A stretch of 64,000 nt of DNA from Candidatus Peribacteria bacterium (GCA_041691135.1 JBEPVF010000001.1:224001-288000), one strand, 5' to 3'. Shown: positions 1 through 9,859, counted from the first letter of the stretch. Made by a program: numbers and translations. The notes: generated from the letters alone by a model not told the origin.

Positions 1-2
1 AT

Positions 3-416
3 GGCTACGGCATAGTACGATTTGAAAAAGTAGACCCACTCACTCGAGAGTTCGTTGCCTATAGACAGTCGGGTGTTGTCGAAAGTGATATTCATACTGG
101 CGATGCAATAGAAATAGAGGGAGTCGGCAGGCTACCGACAGTCAAAGAGATTATAAGTGACAGGCGGGAATGCTTTTTTATTTTGTTTGAAAATGACCAC
201 ATGTATAGAGTTGCTTGGATAAGCAAAGCGTACCCAGATTCAAGGGCAAGAAGTATCACGGGCAATCGTATAAAGGAGAAAGCTGCTTCCGAACCTCCTC
301 TGATACAAATTATTATTAATGGTCCTGTAGACCCAAACGAAATAGCTGCAAAAATAGCAGAAGCTTTAGTGAAACAAAAGAATCCAGAGCCACCAGAGCT
401 GTCTCACAAACCCTGA
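3..416 (+). CDS. hypothetical protein, 5'-truncated by window edge
   Basis: Frame open from position 3 (GYGIVRFEKVDP...) to TGA at 414-416; no recognised motif. Confidence 0.55.
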   Translation, partial: GYGIVRFEKVDPLTREFVAYRQSGVVESDIHTGDAIEIEGVGRLPTVKEIISDRRECFFILFENDHMYRVAWISKAYPDSRARSITGNRIKEKAASEPPLIQIIINGPVDPNEIAAKIAEALVKQKNPEPPELSHKP

Positions 417-1228
417 TACGTTTTCTGCATCAGCAAGGTGTCTTCTTCCAGAAGAGGGGACTCGCACACCACCGTCCCACCAATCTTTCGATTTTTGAGG
501 ACTTTGATGAAATCCTTCCATTTGGCATCACTCTCCTGCAACGGTAAATGACGTCTTTCACCAGCAGCGGTGTATTCGATGCCCGAGAAATGCATGTGAA
601 CATTGGAGAGCGATTTCTTACCCAAATATTTTTCGTACAAGTCGAACATCTCGTTCCATTCTTTTGTGGAGTTAATCAGACCGTTGGTGCGCGCGTGCAT
701 GTGTGCCGGATCGACCACCGGATACAGATCGTATTCCTTGCTGATGCGCAGCACTTCTTCGAGCGTGCCGAACTGCGACGATTTTCCCATCGTTTCGAGT
801 CCCAGATTCACATGCGGAAATAATTTCTTCTTATGCGCCATAATGCGATCGACGCATTCCCGCACATTTTCGTAGACCGCATCCGGTTCCATTTTTCGAT
901 TGAACGCGGCATGCACGCATACCGATCGAACACCGGCGAGCTCACTCATGCTCAACGCATCCAAAATACGCTTAACAGATGCCTCAATTGTCTCGGGCTT
1001 GTCGGAATTCAGATTGATGTAGTACGGCGCATGCACGGTGAGCGTCATCTTCAGCCTTTCGGCATATTCACGAATCTCGGCCATGCGTTCGGGATTCCTG
1101 GGAACGCTCTGCACCCATTCCAACTCCATAGCCGTAATACCGATTGAATGAGCGTATTCAAGCCCTTTGCAAGTTCCACCCGGTTTGGGAGTTTTGAGCG
1201 GAACGCCGGCGACTGCGAATTGAAGCAT
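404..1228 (-). CDS. nfo: endonuclease IV-like AP endonuclease (TIM barrel)
   Basis: HAPYYINLNS, LETMGK, DPAH, HMHFSG, ERRH, ESP metal motifs; start moved to ATG 1228. Confidence 0.85.
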   Translation of the reverse strand: MLQFAVAGVPLKTPKPGGTCKGLEYAHSIGITAMELEWVQSVPRNPERMAEIREYAERLKMTLTVHAPYYINLNSDKPETIEASVKRILDALSMSELAGVRSVCVHAAFNRKMEPDAVYENVRECVDRIMAHKKKLFPHVNLGLETMGKSSQFGTLEEVLRISKEYDLYPVVDPAHMHARTNGLINSTKEWNEMFDLYEKYLGKKSLSNVHMHFSGIEYTAAGERRHLPLQESDAKWKDFIKVLKNRKIGGTVVCESPLLEEDTLLMQKTYQGL

Positions 1229-1234
1229 AAAGAG

Positions 1235-1310
1235 AATGTAGAATGTACAATTGAAAATGTACAATGAATGTTTAGCTGCATTGTACATTGTAAATTTTTC
1301 ATTTTACATT
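1235..1310. repeat. inverted array of degenerate heptamers (AATGTAN / CATTGTA)
   Basis: AATGTAG AATGTAC AATTGAA AATGTAC AATG followed by its imperfect reverse complement. Confidence 0.8.
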
Positions 1311-1316
1311 TCATCC

Positions 1317-2666
1317 GTGCCCATTAATCCCACGATCATCGATCAAACCTTGGCGACTCCTTATGGCGAACGCGCATATAAGACTGTCGAGACATTGAGC
1401 GATGCCGGATACGATACGTGGTGGGTTGGCGGGGGAGTGCGCGATCTGCTGCTTGGAAAAATCCCGAAGGACATCGACATTGCGACCGAAGCGTTGCCGG
1501 AACAAATCGACAAACTATTCCCGCGCGTCGATATGTCACCGGCGTCACTTGGAAGCGTACGTATTCCAATGGGATCTGATCTATTTGAAGTCACTACGTT
1601 TCGCGAAGAAGACGAAGCATCCGATGGTCGACATCCCGAATCGGTCATGTTCGGCAAACGTGAGCAGGATGCCAAGCGCCGCGACCTCACGATCAATGCG
1701 CTCTACTATCATCCTATTTCTCGTGAGCTATACGACCCTTTCAACGGTGAAGCGGACGTGAAGGAAAAACTTATCCGATTCATCGGTGATCCGGCTATTC
1801 GCATCAAACATGATGCGTTGCGCATTCTGCGTGCCGTCCGTTTTCGCGCACTGCTGGATGGGCAGTATCATCCGGGAACCTATGCCGCATTGCACGAGCA
1901 GGGATCGCTCGTCGAAATCCTCTCCGGGCAGCGCAAACTGGAAGAGCTCGCCAAATTACTCAAAGGTCCGCGTCCGCAAAGGGGATTGGAGGATCTGTGG
2001 GAACTCGGCGTGCTGCCGTACTTTCTGCCCGAACTGTACAAATGCAAAGGCATGCCACAACCGATTGAATTTCATCAGGAAGGCGATGTGTGGAATCACT
2101 TGATGCAATGCCTCGCATCATTCCGTGAAGATGACGGCATTGATGTGCGATTGGCCGCGCTCTTTCACGACATCGGAAAAGCCGACACCTTCGCTCTCAA
2201 AGAACGCATTCGCTTCGATCATCATGCGACAGTGTCCGCCGATCTGACCGATGCGATTCTGACGCGCCTGCAATGTCCCACTAAACGTCGCGACAAAATT
2301 ACGTGGCTGATCAAGCATCACATGATGATGGGCACCTTCTTCGAGATCGACGACGAGCGCAAGGCACACTGGTATTTTCACCCATGGTTCCAGGAACTTC
2401 TGGCCGTCTTCTGGCTCGATATCGCCGGCACCACGCCATCGAACTTCAAAATGTACGACGATATCGTCACCGACTACAACCACTTCCTCGACGCCCACCC
2501 GCGTCCGCAGAAACCACTCCTCACCGGTGAAGAAGTGATGGAGATCTTGAACATTCAACCCGGCGCTAAAGTGGGAGAATTGCTCAAAAATCTTCACGAC
2601 GCACAGATAAAAGGTAAGGTGACGTCAAAGAACGAGGCGCGAGATTTCCTCTTACAGATGCAGTAA
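1317..2666 (+). CDS. cca: CCA-adding tRNA nucleotidyltransferase with HD domain
   Basis: VGGGVRD, DIDIAT, RRDLTINA, DALRILRAVRF, HDIGK; GTG start 1317. Confidence 0.9.
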   Translation: MPINPTIIDQTLATPYGERAYKTVETLSDAGYDTWWVGGGVRDLLLGKIPKDIDIATEALPEQIDKLFPRVDMSPASLGSVRIPMGSDLFEVTTFREEDEASDGRHPESVMFGKREQDAKRRDLTINALYYHPISRELYDPFNGEADVKEKLIRFIGDPAIRIKHDALRILRAVRFRALLDGQYHPGTYAALHEQGSLVEILSGQRKLEELAKLLKGPRPQRGLEDLWELGVLPYFLPELYKCKGMPQPIEFHQEGDVWNHLMQCLASFREDDGIDVRLAALFHDIGKADTFALKERIRFDHHATVSADLTDAILTRLQCPTKRRDKITWLIKHHMMMGTFFEIDDERKAHWYFHPWFQELLAVFWLDIAGTTPSNFKMYDDIVTDYNHFLDAHPRPQKPLLTGEEVMEILNIQPGAKVGELLKNLHDAQIKGKVTSKNEARDFLLQMQ

Positions 2667-2765
2667 GTTACTTAGTACAGAGGATCAATTTGACCTAAAA
2701 ATTTCTTGGAGGAAGCTAAGTGTATGTGATGGATCTCGTCAATTTTGATAAGCCGGGAGGGTCGT

Positions 2766-3017
2766 ATGCGAGTTCCGAGTCTTGCAAATCGTCACTATCC
2801 GCCGGTGATGCGGAAAGGCGACGACTGGGGGCTGCCAAAGCCCTCTTCAACGCCCAACCAAAGGGTAAAGATCGTCACGACCGTTGCGGTGTGGCTAATC
2901 GCGACGGTTGGCGTGGCCTACGGGCTACGTCAGAGCGCCGACCTTGTTCCAGTACCGGACCTCATTGGTCTGGGCACAGGCACACTGATCGCTGCACTCA
3001 AGCACCGCTTCTGGTAA
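2766..3017 (+). CDS. small membrane protein (2 hydrophobic segments)
   Basis: GGGAGG SD before ATG; hydrophobic C-half; hairpin downstream. Confidence 0.55.
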   Translation: MRVPSLANRHYPPVMRKGDDWGLPKPSSTPNQRVKIVTTVAVWLIATVGVAYGLRQSADLVPVPDLIGLGTGTLIAALKHRFW

Positions 3018-3031
3018 TGCCAGTCGCGGCA

Positions 3032-3069
3032 GACGGCCCTCCCACTCGGGACGGGCCGTCGGTTTTATT
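3032..3069 (+). terminator. intrinsic terminator
   Basis: GACGGCCC...GGGCCGTC stem then GGTTTTATT. Confidence 0.6.
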
Positions 3070-3316
3070 GACGATTCTCCCAATCAGCTTTGATCGCTCG
3101 ATCCACATTCGCTTCCGAATCTTCGGTTTGAAATTCTCCCTCCGTTCCCCGGAATGAATTCTTGTTGTACTGCGGACCCATAGTGTCCGTGAGCTTATCG
3201 ACGTATTATTGATGCTTCATGTAGTTACTGACGACTTGAAGGTGTAGTAGTTACAAATTATTGACTGTTCACTGATCCACATTGTCCTCACTACCTGTTC
3301 TGGTATCCTTCCAATC

Positions 3317-3856
3317 ATGATTTTCGCACCGCTTCCCGGTAAACCATTGGTCACGCAGGGCTTCGGACAAAACCCCGACATCTACAAAGCATTTGGATTC
3401 GCCGGACACGAAGGAATCGACTTTGGTGTACCGGTCGGAACTGCGATCTACGCACCGCACGATGGGGTTGCGACGGTGAAAGACGATGGCACGAACGATT
3501 ACGGGCTTCACATTTCTATCGATGACGGCAAGCGCCGGAGCATACTGGCACATCTGTCGGAATCTGCAGTCACGACCGGTCAGACAATTTACCAAGGCAT
3601 GCCACTTGGAAAGAGCGGCCAAAGCGGCAATGCAGAAGGGCCGCATCTACACTGGACGTACAAACAGATCAAGAATGGTACGGTGCTCAATAAAGATAAT
3701 GGCTACAACGGTGCGATCGACATCACCGAATTTACGCGTTTATGGTTGGATCAGGATTTACATCATGATGCTCAATATTCAGATGATGCCAAACCGTACT
3801 TGGCTATGACATTTGCAGATAATCAGTATCTGAAGAATCCGGATCGGATAGCGTAA
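3317..3856 (+). CDS. M23 family metallopeptidase, no signal peptide
   Basis: HEGID (HxxxD) and GPHLHW (HxH). Confidence 0.85.
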   Translation: MIFAPLPGKPLVTQGFGQNPDIYKAFGFAGHEGIDFGVPVGTAIYAPHDGVATVKDDGTNDYGLHISIDDGKRRSILAHLSESAVTTGQTIYQGMPLGKSGQSGNAEGPHLHWTYKQIKNGTVLNKDNGYNGAIDITEFTRLWLDQDLHHDAQYSDDAKPYLAMTFADNQYLKNPDRIA

Positions 3857-3860
3857 TTTT

Positions 3861-3895
3861 TACAAAACCCCGCTTCTTATTAGCGGGGTTTTGTA
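3861..3895. terminator. bidirectional intrinsic terminator
   Basis: TACAAAACCCCGCT-7nt-AGCGGGGTTTTGTA between convergent genes. Confidence 0.85.
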
Positions 3896-3903
3896 CTGAC
3901 TTG

Positions 3904-4818
3904 CTAGTAACTACTGAGAGTCCGCATACTCGATTGTCCGCTCAACGTTCCCGTCCCACGCAGATCAAATGATCCGCCGCTGGAAGGAGCCGTAAGCGAT
4001 GTGCCGAAGTTTCCGCCGCCGTCCGCTGTCACGGTTGCCATCTTCGTCCCGCCTACATATAAATCAACCGGCTCATTGGGCGCATAACCCGTTCCACTGA
4101 CTCCGAAAGATTGTCCTCGACCCAAGTAGTACGTGGAAGGATTGATATTAGGATAGAAGTTCCCGACGACAACCGAAAACGACACATTGAAACCTGTCGT
4201 CTGTCCTACTAGTCGGAATGTTTGACTACTGGCAGCCATCGAGAAGGGGACGGTGTAGACATTCGAGACGGCAAAATTCCCACCGCCATCGGCAGTTGCA
4301 GTTGTAAGGAGTTGGTTCGACGGACCGAAGATCTTTACCGATTCATTGGTCGCAAAGTTATGGCCGAAGAAACCGATCTGCTGATTTGGCATGATGTAGT
4401 ACGCCGAAGGACCGCCAGTCGGATAGTAGCCGTGAACATAGTACGAGGCCGTCTGCGTTCGACCGGACGTCAAACCTCTGACGGTGACTGAATAGGGTCC
4501 GGCGGGCAGATAGGGCACTCCGAAAGTCGGCGTGGCGAAGTTACCGGCGCTGTCGGCATTAGCACCGACAGTCAATCCGGCAAATGTGGCTTGCACTTGT
4601 TCATTGGCGCCGAAACCATAACCATTGACTGTGAACCTGCTGCCAGGACTGCCGGCATACATACTGAGGATGACATAATTGCCGCTATCGGCATTGGCAG
4701 TGGGTGCGGTATGCGCGAAGGGGACAGGAAGAACGGTAATTGCCATAAGCGTTCCAGCAATGGCAACCGATGCGAGTACGCGGCCTTGGTCTTTGAGGAA
4801 TTTTTGGAGCGATTGCAT
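3904..4818 (-). CDS. secreted protein with three Ig/IPT-like repeats
   Basis: N-terminal hydrophobic signal; three ~90-aa repeats with NE.V and AD..GNF. Confidence 0.75.
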   Translation of the reverse strand: MQSLQKFLKDQGRVLASVAIAGTLMAITVLPVPFAHTAPTANADSGNYVILSMYAGSPGSRFTVNGYGFGANEQVQATFAGLTVGANADSAGNFATPTFGVPYLPAGPYSVTVRGLTSGRTQTASYYVHGYYPTGGPSAYYIMPNQQIGFFGHNFATNESVKIFGPSNQLLTTATADGGGNFAVSNVYTVPFSMAASSQTFRLVGQTTGFNVSFSVVVGNFYPNINPSTYYLGRGQSFGVSGTGYAPNEPVDLYVGGTKMATVTADGGGNFGTSLTAPSSGGSFDLRGTGTLSGQSSMRTLSSY

Positions 4819-4978
4819 GGGAGAAAGGAGAAGATAGTAAATCAATGCACCAACCGGTGGACCTCTTTTTGACGCCTATCGAAAAGCAGCCTTACGATTT
4901 TTCTCTGTTTCTTGGCTTTCTCATGCCATCAGACTCTTGCTCTGCAGAGAAAACGTAGTGTGTTAGTATGAGTCACAA

Positions 4979-4997
4979 GGGCCAGTAGCTCAGTTGG
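4979..4997 (+). repeat. 19-nt direct copy of the tRNA-Ile 5' end
   Basis: GGGCCAGTAGCTCAGTTGG identical to 5064-5082. Confidence 0.9.
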
Positions 4998-5063
4998 CCT
5001 AGCTGCCGGAACGGCAGTGTGATAGACAAGTTGCACTTTTCTGAGCAGTTCATTTCTTACATC

Positions 5064-5140
5064 GGGCCAGTAGCTCAGTTGGTTAGAGCACAGGACTTAT
5101 AAACCTGTGGTCGGTGGTTCAAGTCCACCCTGGCCCACCA
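5064..5140 (+). tRNA. tRNA-Ile, anticodon TAT (UAU)
   Basis: Cloverleaf GGGCCAG/CTGGCCC, D arm GCTC/GAGC, loop CT-TAT-AA, T loop TTCAAGT, encoded CCA. Confidence 0.92.
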
Positions 5141-5206
5141 TCAATACCAACAGGTCGTTTATCGATACCCATTTCCAGCCACATGCGATTCTGTGCCATA
5201 ACCGTT

Positions 5207-8200
5207 TTATCGAGAAAGTGAGTGCGGTAGGGAAACTGTAAAGGTACTGCCACTGTCTTTTCCCTCCTCCGAGACAAAAGAGATCTTCCCGCCCAGCAAA
5301 TTGGTAAGAAGAGAGACCAGGTAGAGACCTAGCCCCGTGCCGTTTGTGTCCTTGTCTACAATATTATCTCCCCGAAAAAACTTCTTGAAGATCTTTTTCT
5401 TCTGGTGGGCGGGAATGCCATAGCCGAAGTCCTGGACTGTTATCTTCAGCCGTTCCTTCTGTTTCTTCACACGTACGATAATCTTGGCCTTTTCAGGACT
5501 GTACTTAGAGGCATTGCTCAACAGGTTTTTGATGATTTCCTTGAGAAATGCAGGATCGGTATGAATGGAGATTCTAGGCGGACAAACCAAGGACACGGAT
5601 TGCTCTTTGATGCCAGATTCCTTTTCCTCCGTGAACACTTTTTTGAGGAATGAACGCAAAGCGATTTTTGATAGTCTCATTTTCATCTCGCCTGACTCGA
5701 TACGCGCGATGTGGAGCATCGTATCGATTATTGCGGACATGCGCATTGCCGCATCCTTGCCCTCTTCCGCAAGCTTCCTACTCTCCGCATCATTTCCCTT
5801 TGCGGCAATATTTTTACTGAGCCGACCCATTCCCCAGCGCATGGCAGTGAGCGGTGTGCGCAATTGATGACTGGCGAGCGACATGAATTCTGATTTTGCT
5901 ATATCAATGCGCCGCTCACGAGCGATATCCCTGTACAGGAGCAAATGTCCCGCGTGTGCTCCGGCATGAAAAACAGGAGCATAGTCACAGAGCAGAACGC
6001 GACCGTCTTTCAGCAATACTTCCTGTCCCAGAAGCGGGGTCGTCATATGCCATATTTCTTCAAGTTTCTTTTTATAGGCTTTCGGATCGATCACCTGTTT
6101 CAAGAGCACTTCGATAATGTCCGGCAACCGAAGTTCTTTATCTGTGTAGTGTGAGTGATCTAGATTGAAAAGCAGGCAGAGCTGTTCATTGACGTGTAAC
6201 GTGCCCTGTTTGGCGGAGACAGCGAGTCCAGCTATGGGGATATTCGACAGCATGTCTTTCATGATTTGCAGATGCGTTCGTTCCTCCTTTTCTTCTTTCT
6301 CGGTGACATCTTCGAAGGCCAGTAAAATGAGCCGTTCGCTGCTCTTATCAAGCGGATCAATGGTACATGCGTTAAGGAGCATCGATTTCTGGCCAATAGA
6401 GGGAAATGTATGCTCCACCCGGAAATCATCGAATTGCGTATTCTGGGGAATAATATGCTCAAGAAGCTGCCGGAGTTCGGGGATATTCCACTGACCGTTG
6501 CCCAGATCGTAGATGAGCCGTCCGATTGTCTTTTCTTCGTTCGTTTTAAAGGCGCGATAAAACGTTCTATTGGCAGTCTGCACTCTCAATTCACTATCAA
6601 GAACGATCAGCGACTCGCGCACCGTTTTAAAAATCGCTTCTTTATAATCTTTGGAAAATGTCAGTGCGCGGTTGAGCTCCGTCATTTCGATATTGCGGTT
6701 CTGCAGTTCGTCATTGACGGTGCTTAATTCCTCGTTGGTGGATTGCAGTTCTTCTTTTGAGGTTTCCAATTCTTCATTCGTGCTCTGGAATTCCTCATTG
6801 CTGGAGAGTGCTTCCTCATTTGCCGCCTGGAGTTCGTCGGTTGCCATCTCGTGATCATGAATGACCGTTTGCACGTACTCACGCGCGAGTGCGAGTTCTT
6901 GCTCCAGTTGAACGACAAGCGTGTCGCCAGCCGAAAGTTTTTCCTTGTTCTTGCCCTCCCGGGTGCCTTTTACAGAAGGGATAAGTCCGCTATGGAACAG
7001 GAGAAGAAAGCAGCGGTTTTCGGAGGACGTATCGAGAGGCAATATTTCAAAAGAAACATGCTCATCATCACCGATGCGAATGCTTTCACTGCGTAGCGGC
7101 TCATTATTTTTAAGGACAGTCTTTATGGCCGAATGGAGTTCTACCAATAAACTCTCTCGTACCATCTTCAGCAGATTCAAACTGGCTTTCCCCACGGCCG
7201 GTTTCAGATACGAACTCGTATCGCCTCGGAATTCCAAAATTTCCATGTCCTCATTGATGATCACTCCGGCGAGTGCGAAGCGGGCAAGCGTGGCCCTGTC
7301 CGCCTTTTCAGCAAAAGACAGAGCGGACGAAACACCTTCCTGATCGAGTTGCCGTATCGCCAGACGTGATGGAATTTTGCCATCGGGCTGAGGAGTCGAA
7401 AACTTTCGGTGTACCCGGCTCGGTGCGACTTTTCGGGAATAGATCTTCGCTTTTTTCTCTATCAAACCCAGAAGATCGGCGCACGATCCGACGCTTTCGG
7501 ATTTACCAAGCATGAGGTATCCCTTTGGCTTCAGTGCATAGTGAAATGTGGAGAGCACCTTTTTCTGCAGTTCCGGAGTAAAGTAAATGAGCAAATTACG
7601 GCAGGTGATGAAATCCAATTGGGAGAACGGCGGATCTTGGGCGACATTTTGCTTGGCGAACACACAGAGGTCGCGGATTTCTTTGTTGATCTGGTATGTG
7701 TCACCCACTTTGGTAAAGAACTTTTTCAGACGCACGGGTGAAACATCGAGAGCGATATTTTCGACGTAGATTCCTGCCCTCGCTTTTTCCAGAACCGGCT
7801 CGCTGATATCCGATGCAAATATTTGTATAGGGAATCCGGCGGCACGTTTTCCCATGTATTCTTTTAGACAAATGGCCAGAGAATAGGCTTCCTGCCCCGT
7901 GGAACAGCCGGGTACCCAGATACGCAGAGGGGCAGTTGCAGGGCGATTTTTGAGGAGAAGCGGGAATACTTCTTTTTTCAGAGTTTCAAAGGCCTCCGCA
8001 TCGCGGAAGAAACTCGTCACCGGGATCAGGAACTCCTGAGATAAGGCTTTCACTTCTTCCGGTTTTTTTCGCAGGTACGTGACATACTCGCTCATTTTTT
8101 CCATGCCATGCAGTGCCAACCGTCGCTCAATGCGCCGCTGCAATGTCGAGTGCTTATACTGACTGAAATCAATGCCGGTACCGGTGCGCACCAAGCGGAA

Positions 8201-8851
8201 AACCTCTTCCAACCCCAGATCTTTTTCAAGGAGTATTGCGGCCTTTGGCTGCACTATGGGTACCGCAAGCAAACGAGGTGCAAGGAGCGAAAGCTCGCGA
8301 GCGATCTTCTCGGGGGAAAGCACGAAATCCACATGGTCGGTTGCAACGGCATTACGCGGCATGTCACTGAATTTGGCTGAGTGTTCGTCTTGAGCGAAGG
8401 TAATGCCGCCTTCACTCTTGATCTCTTCCATCGCAAGAGTGCCATCCGATCCCGTACCGGAAAGAATCACGCCAATGGCCATATTTTTCCGTTCACTCGC
8501 AAGGGAACGAAGAAAATAATCGATGGGCATATGTAATCCCTTCGTCGCTGAACGTGGCATCAACTTCAATTGCCCCCGCCTTGTCGCCATATTGGTATTG
8601 GGAGGGATCACATACACGCGATTCGCCTTGATATGCGTACCGTTTTTCACAGTCTCTACTGTCATGGAAGTTGCTTTCGACAGAATTTCCGTGAGCATGC
8701 TCTGATGCGTCGGATCAAGATGCTGCACTAAGACAAACGCCATACCCGTATCAACGGGCAGATGCTTGAGTAGGCGTGTAAACGCGTCTAGTCCTCCCGC
8801 CGAAGCGCCGATGCCTACGATGGGGATTTGCCGTGAGACCTTCTGAGAAAT
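5207..8851 (-). CDS. CheB/CheR fusion with coiled coil, PAS and histidine kinase domains (start uncertain)
   Basis: In-frame GIGASAGG upstream of ATG 8743; VQHLDP, GTGSDG, WVPGCSTGQEAYS, CRNLLIYF, SHQLRTP, NLLSNA, GTGLGL; 8851 is a candidate ATT start. Confidence 0.85.
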   Translation of the reverse strand: MSQKVSRQIPIVGIGASAGGLDAFTRLLKHLPVDTGMAFVLVQHLDPTHQSMLTEILSKATSMTVETVKNGTHIKANRVYVIPPNTNMATRRGQLKLMPRSATKGLHMPIDYFLRSLASERKNMAIGVILSGTGSDGTLAMEEIKSEGGITFAQDEHSAKFSDMPRNAVATDHVDFVLSPEKIARELSLLAPRLLAVPIVQPKAAILLEKDLGLEEVFRLVRTGTGIDFSQYKHSTLQRRIERRLALHGMEKMSEYVTYLRKKPEEVKALSQEFLIPVTSFFRDAEAFETLKKEVFPLLLKNRPATAPLRIWVPGCSTGQEAYSLAICLKEYMGKRAAGFPIQIFASDISEPVLEKARAGIYVENIALDVSPVRLKKFFTKVGDTYQINKEIRDLCVFAKQNVAQDPPFSQLDFITCRNLLIYFTPELQKKVLSTFHYALKPKGYLMLGKSESVGSCADLLGLIEKKAKIYSRKVAPSRVHRKFSTPQPDGKIPSRLAIRQLDQEGVSSALSFAEKADRATLARFALAGVIINEDMEILEFRGDTSSYLKPAVGKASLNLLKMVRESLLVELHSAIKTVLKNNEPLRSESIRIGDDEHVSFEILPLDTSSENRCFLLLFHSGLIPSVKGTREGKNKEKLSAGDTLVVQLEQELALAREYVQTVIHDHEMATDELQAANEEALSSNEEFQSTNEELETSKEELQSTNEELSTVNDELQNRNIEMTELNRALTFSKDYKEAIFKTVRESLIVLDSELRVQTANRTFYRAFKTNEEKTIGRLIYDLGNGQWNIPELRQLLEHIIPQNTQFDDFRVEHTFPSIGQKSMLLNACTIDPLDKSSERLILLAFEDVTEKEEKEERTHLQIMKDMLSNIPIAGLAVSAKQGTLHVNEQLCLLFNLDHSHYTDKELRLPDIIEVLLKQVIDPKAYKKKLEEIWHMTTPLLGQEVLLKDGRVLLCDYAPVFHAGAHAGHLLLYRDIARERRIDIAKSEFMSLASHQLRTPLTAMRWGMGRLSKNIAAKGNDAESRKLAEEGKDAAMRMSAIIDTMLHIARIESGEMKMRLSKIALRSFLKKVFTEEKESGIKEQSVSLVCPPRISIHTDPAFLKEIIKNLLSNASKYSPEKAKIIVRVKKQKERLKITVQDFGYGIPAHQKKKIFKKFFRGDNIVDKDTNGTGLGLYLVSLLTNLLGGKISFVSEEGKDSGSTFTVSLPHSLSR

Positions 8852-9356
8852 GCTCTGAGCAGGCTGACTCTGTGCATGGGAAACCCGAACTTTGGCTAAG
8901 TTCTTTTGAAATCGAACTCCGGCTGCATGTTCTGGTGAAGCCTTCTGGATCGTCTCTGCCGCTCACTGTGCACCATCTCACGAATTTTTAAAGAGAGGAC
9001 GGATTCTGCGCTCCCGCTTTTCTGACCGGCAACTCGCCGATGTTCCTTTTGTATAGGCTTCATGTGACTTGCAATCCTACACCTAATATTGCTATTTGCA
9101 TAATAGTTGAGGCTTTATACTGCAATCTTGAAAAAGGAAGAGGCAGGGTATGCCTGACGGCCTGTATGAAACGCTTTTCGGCAAGGACAAGTGGTAAGCT
9201 TTGTTGCCTCTCAAGCGTCATGACTACTGGCTTCACTCTTAATCTTCGACCTCCACCCCCTTTCGCTCCTCTTTGGGGCATTGAGGAACGGGGCGGATCA
9301 GTGACTTGCGACTGAGAGGGAATTCCACTTTTTTACTTTCATTCCTCCTATTTTTT

Positions 9357-9482
9357 ATGACACCGCTACCACAAGACTTGCCGAAGAATACTGCTCAGAC
9401 CCACGGGCAAGACCAGAACGCTGCCCAGGAATCCAAGGATGCGCCAGCAACGGGGAAGCCCATGGATACTCCGAAGAAGTAA
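9357..9482 (+). CDS. 41-aa hydrophilic small protein
   Basis: MTPLPQDLPK...DTPKK; CU-rich leader and strong hairpin after the stop. Confidence 0.45.
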   Translation: MTPLPQDLPKNTAQTHGQDQNAAQESKDAPATGKPMDTPKK

Positions 9483-9496
9483 GTTGGCCTTGATGA

Positions 9497-9521
9497 CTCT
9501 GCCGTCTTCGGGACGGCAGAG
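9497..9521 (+). terminator. stable hairpin (terminator-like)
   Basis: CTCTGCCGTC-TTCGG-GACGGCAGAG; no U tract. Confidence 0.5.
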
Positions 9522-9859
9522 GGCAGAAGCGTGGATTGGTATGCTACGTAACTTTTTTCTTATAAGTGGATGAATTTCGCAGTATCGGTATTTTACAAAA
9601 TTTATTCAGCTTTCTTGCGAGGTTGAATTTTTCTGGGATAGGGAGGATGCGAACAGACAAGCTTCATAATTTTTGCATCGATCATGCTTAGAAAAGAAAT
9701 GAGGCGCATTTCTCCGAATGTGCTATTTATGCACAAGGGATGCGAATATTCTTGATTGCTCTGTAGATAGTAGGCAGTTCAGTAAACAACCACGATGCAC
9801 CACCATACTCACCATTTTCAGACTTTGGCTTTAGAAGCTGGTCGGTTTACACTGGGGAC

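Noticed and set aside
8900-9000. UGA-to-Gly recoding (code 25) to extend the CheB ORF
   Set aside because: Conserved genes such as glmS, secG, gap and dnaB end at TGA at the expected position
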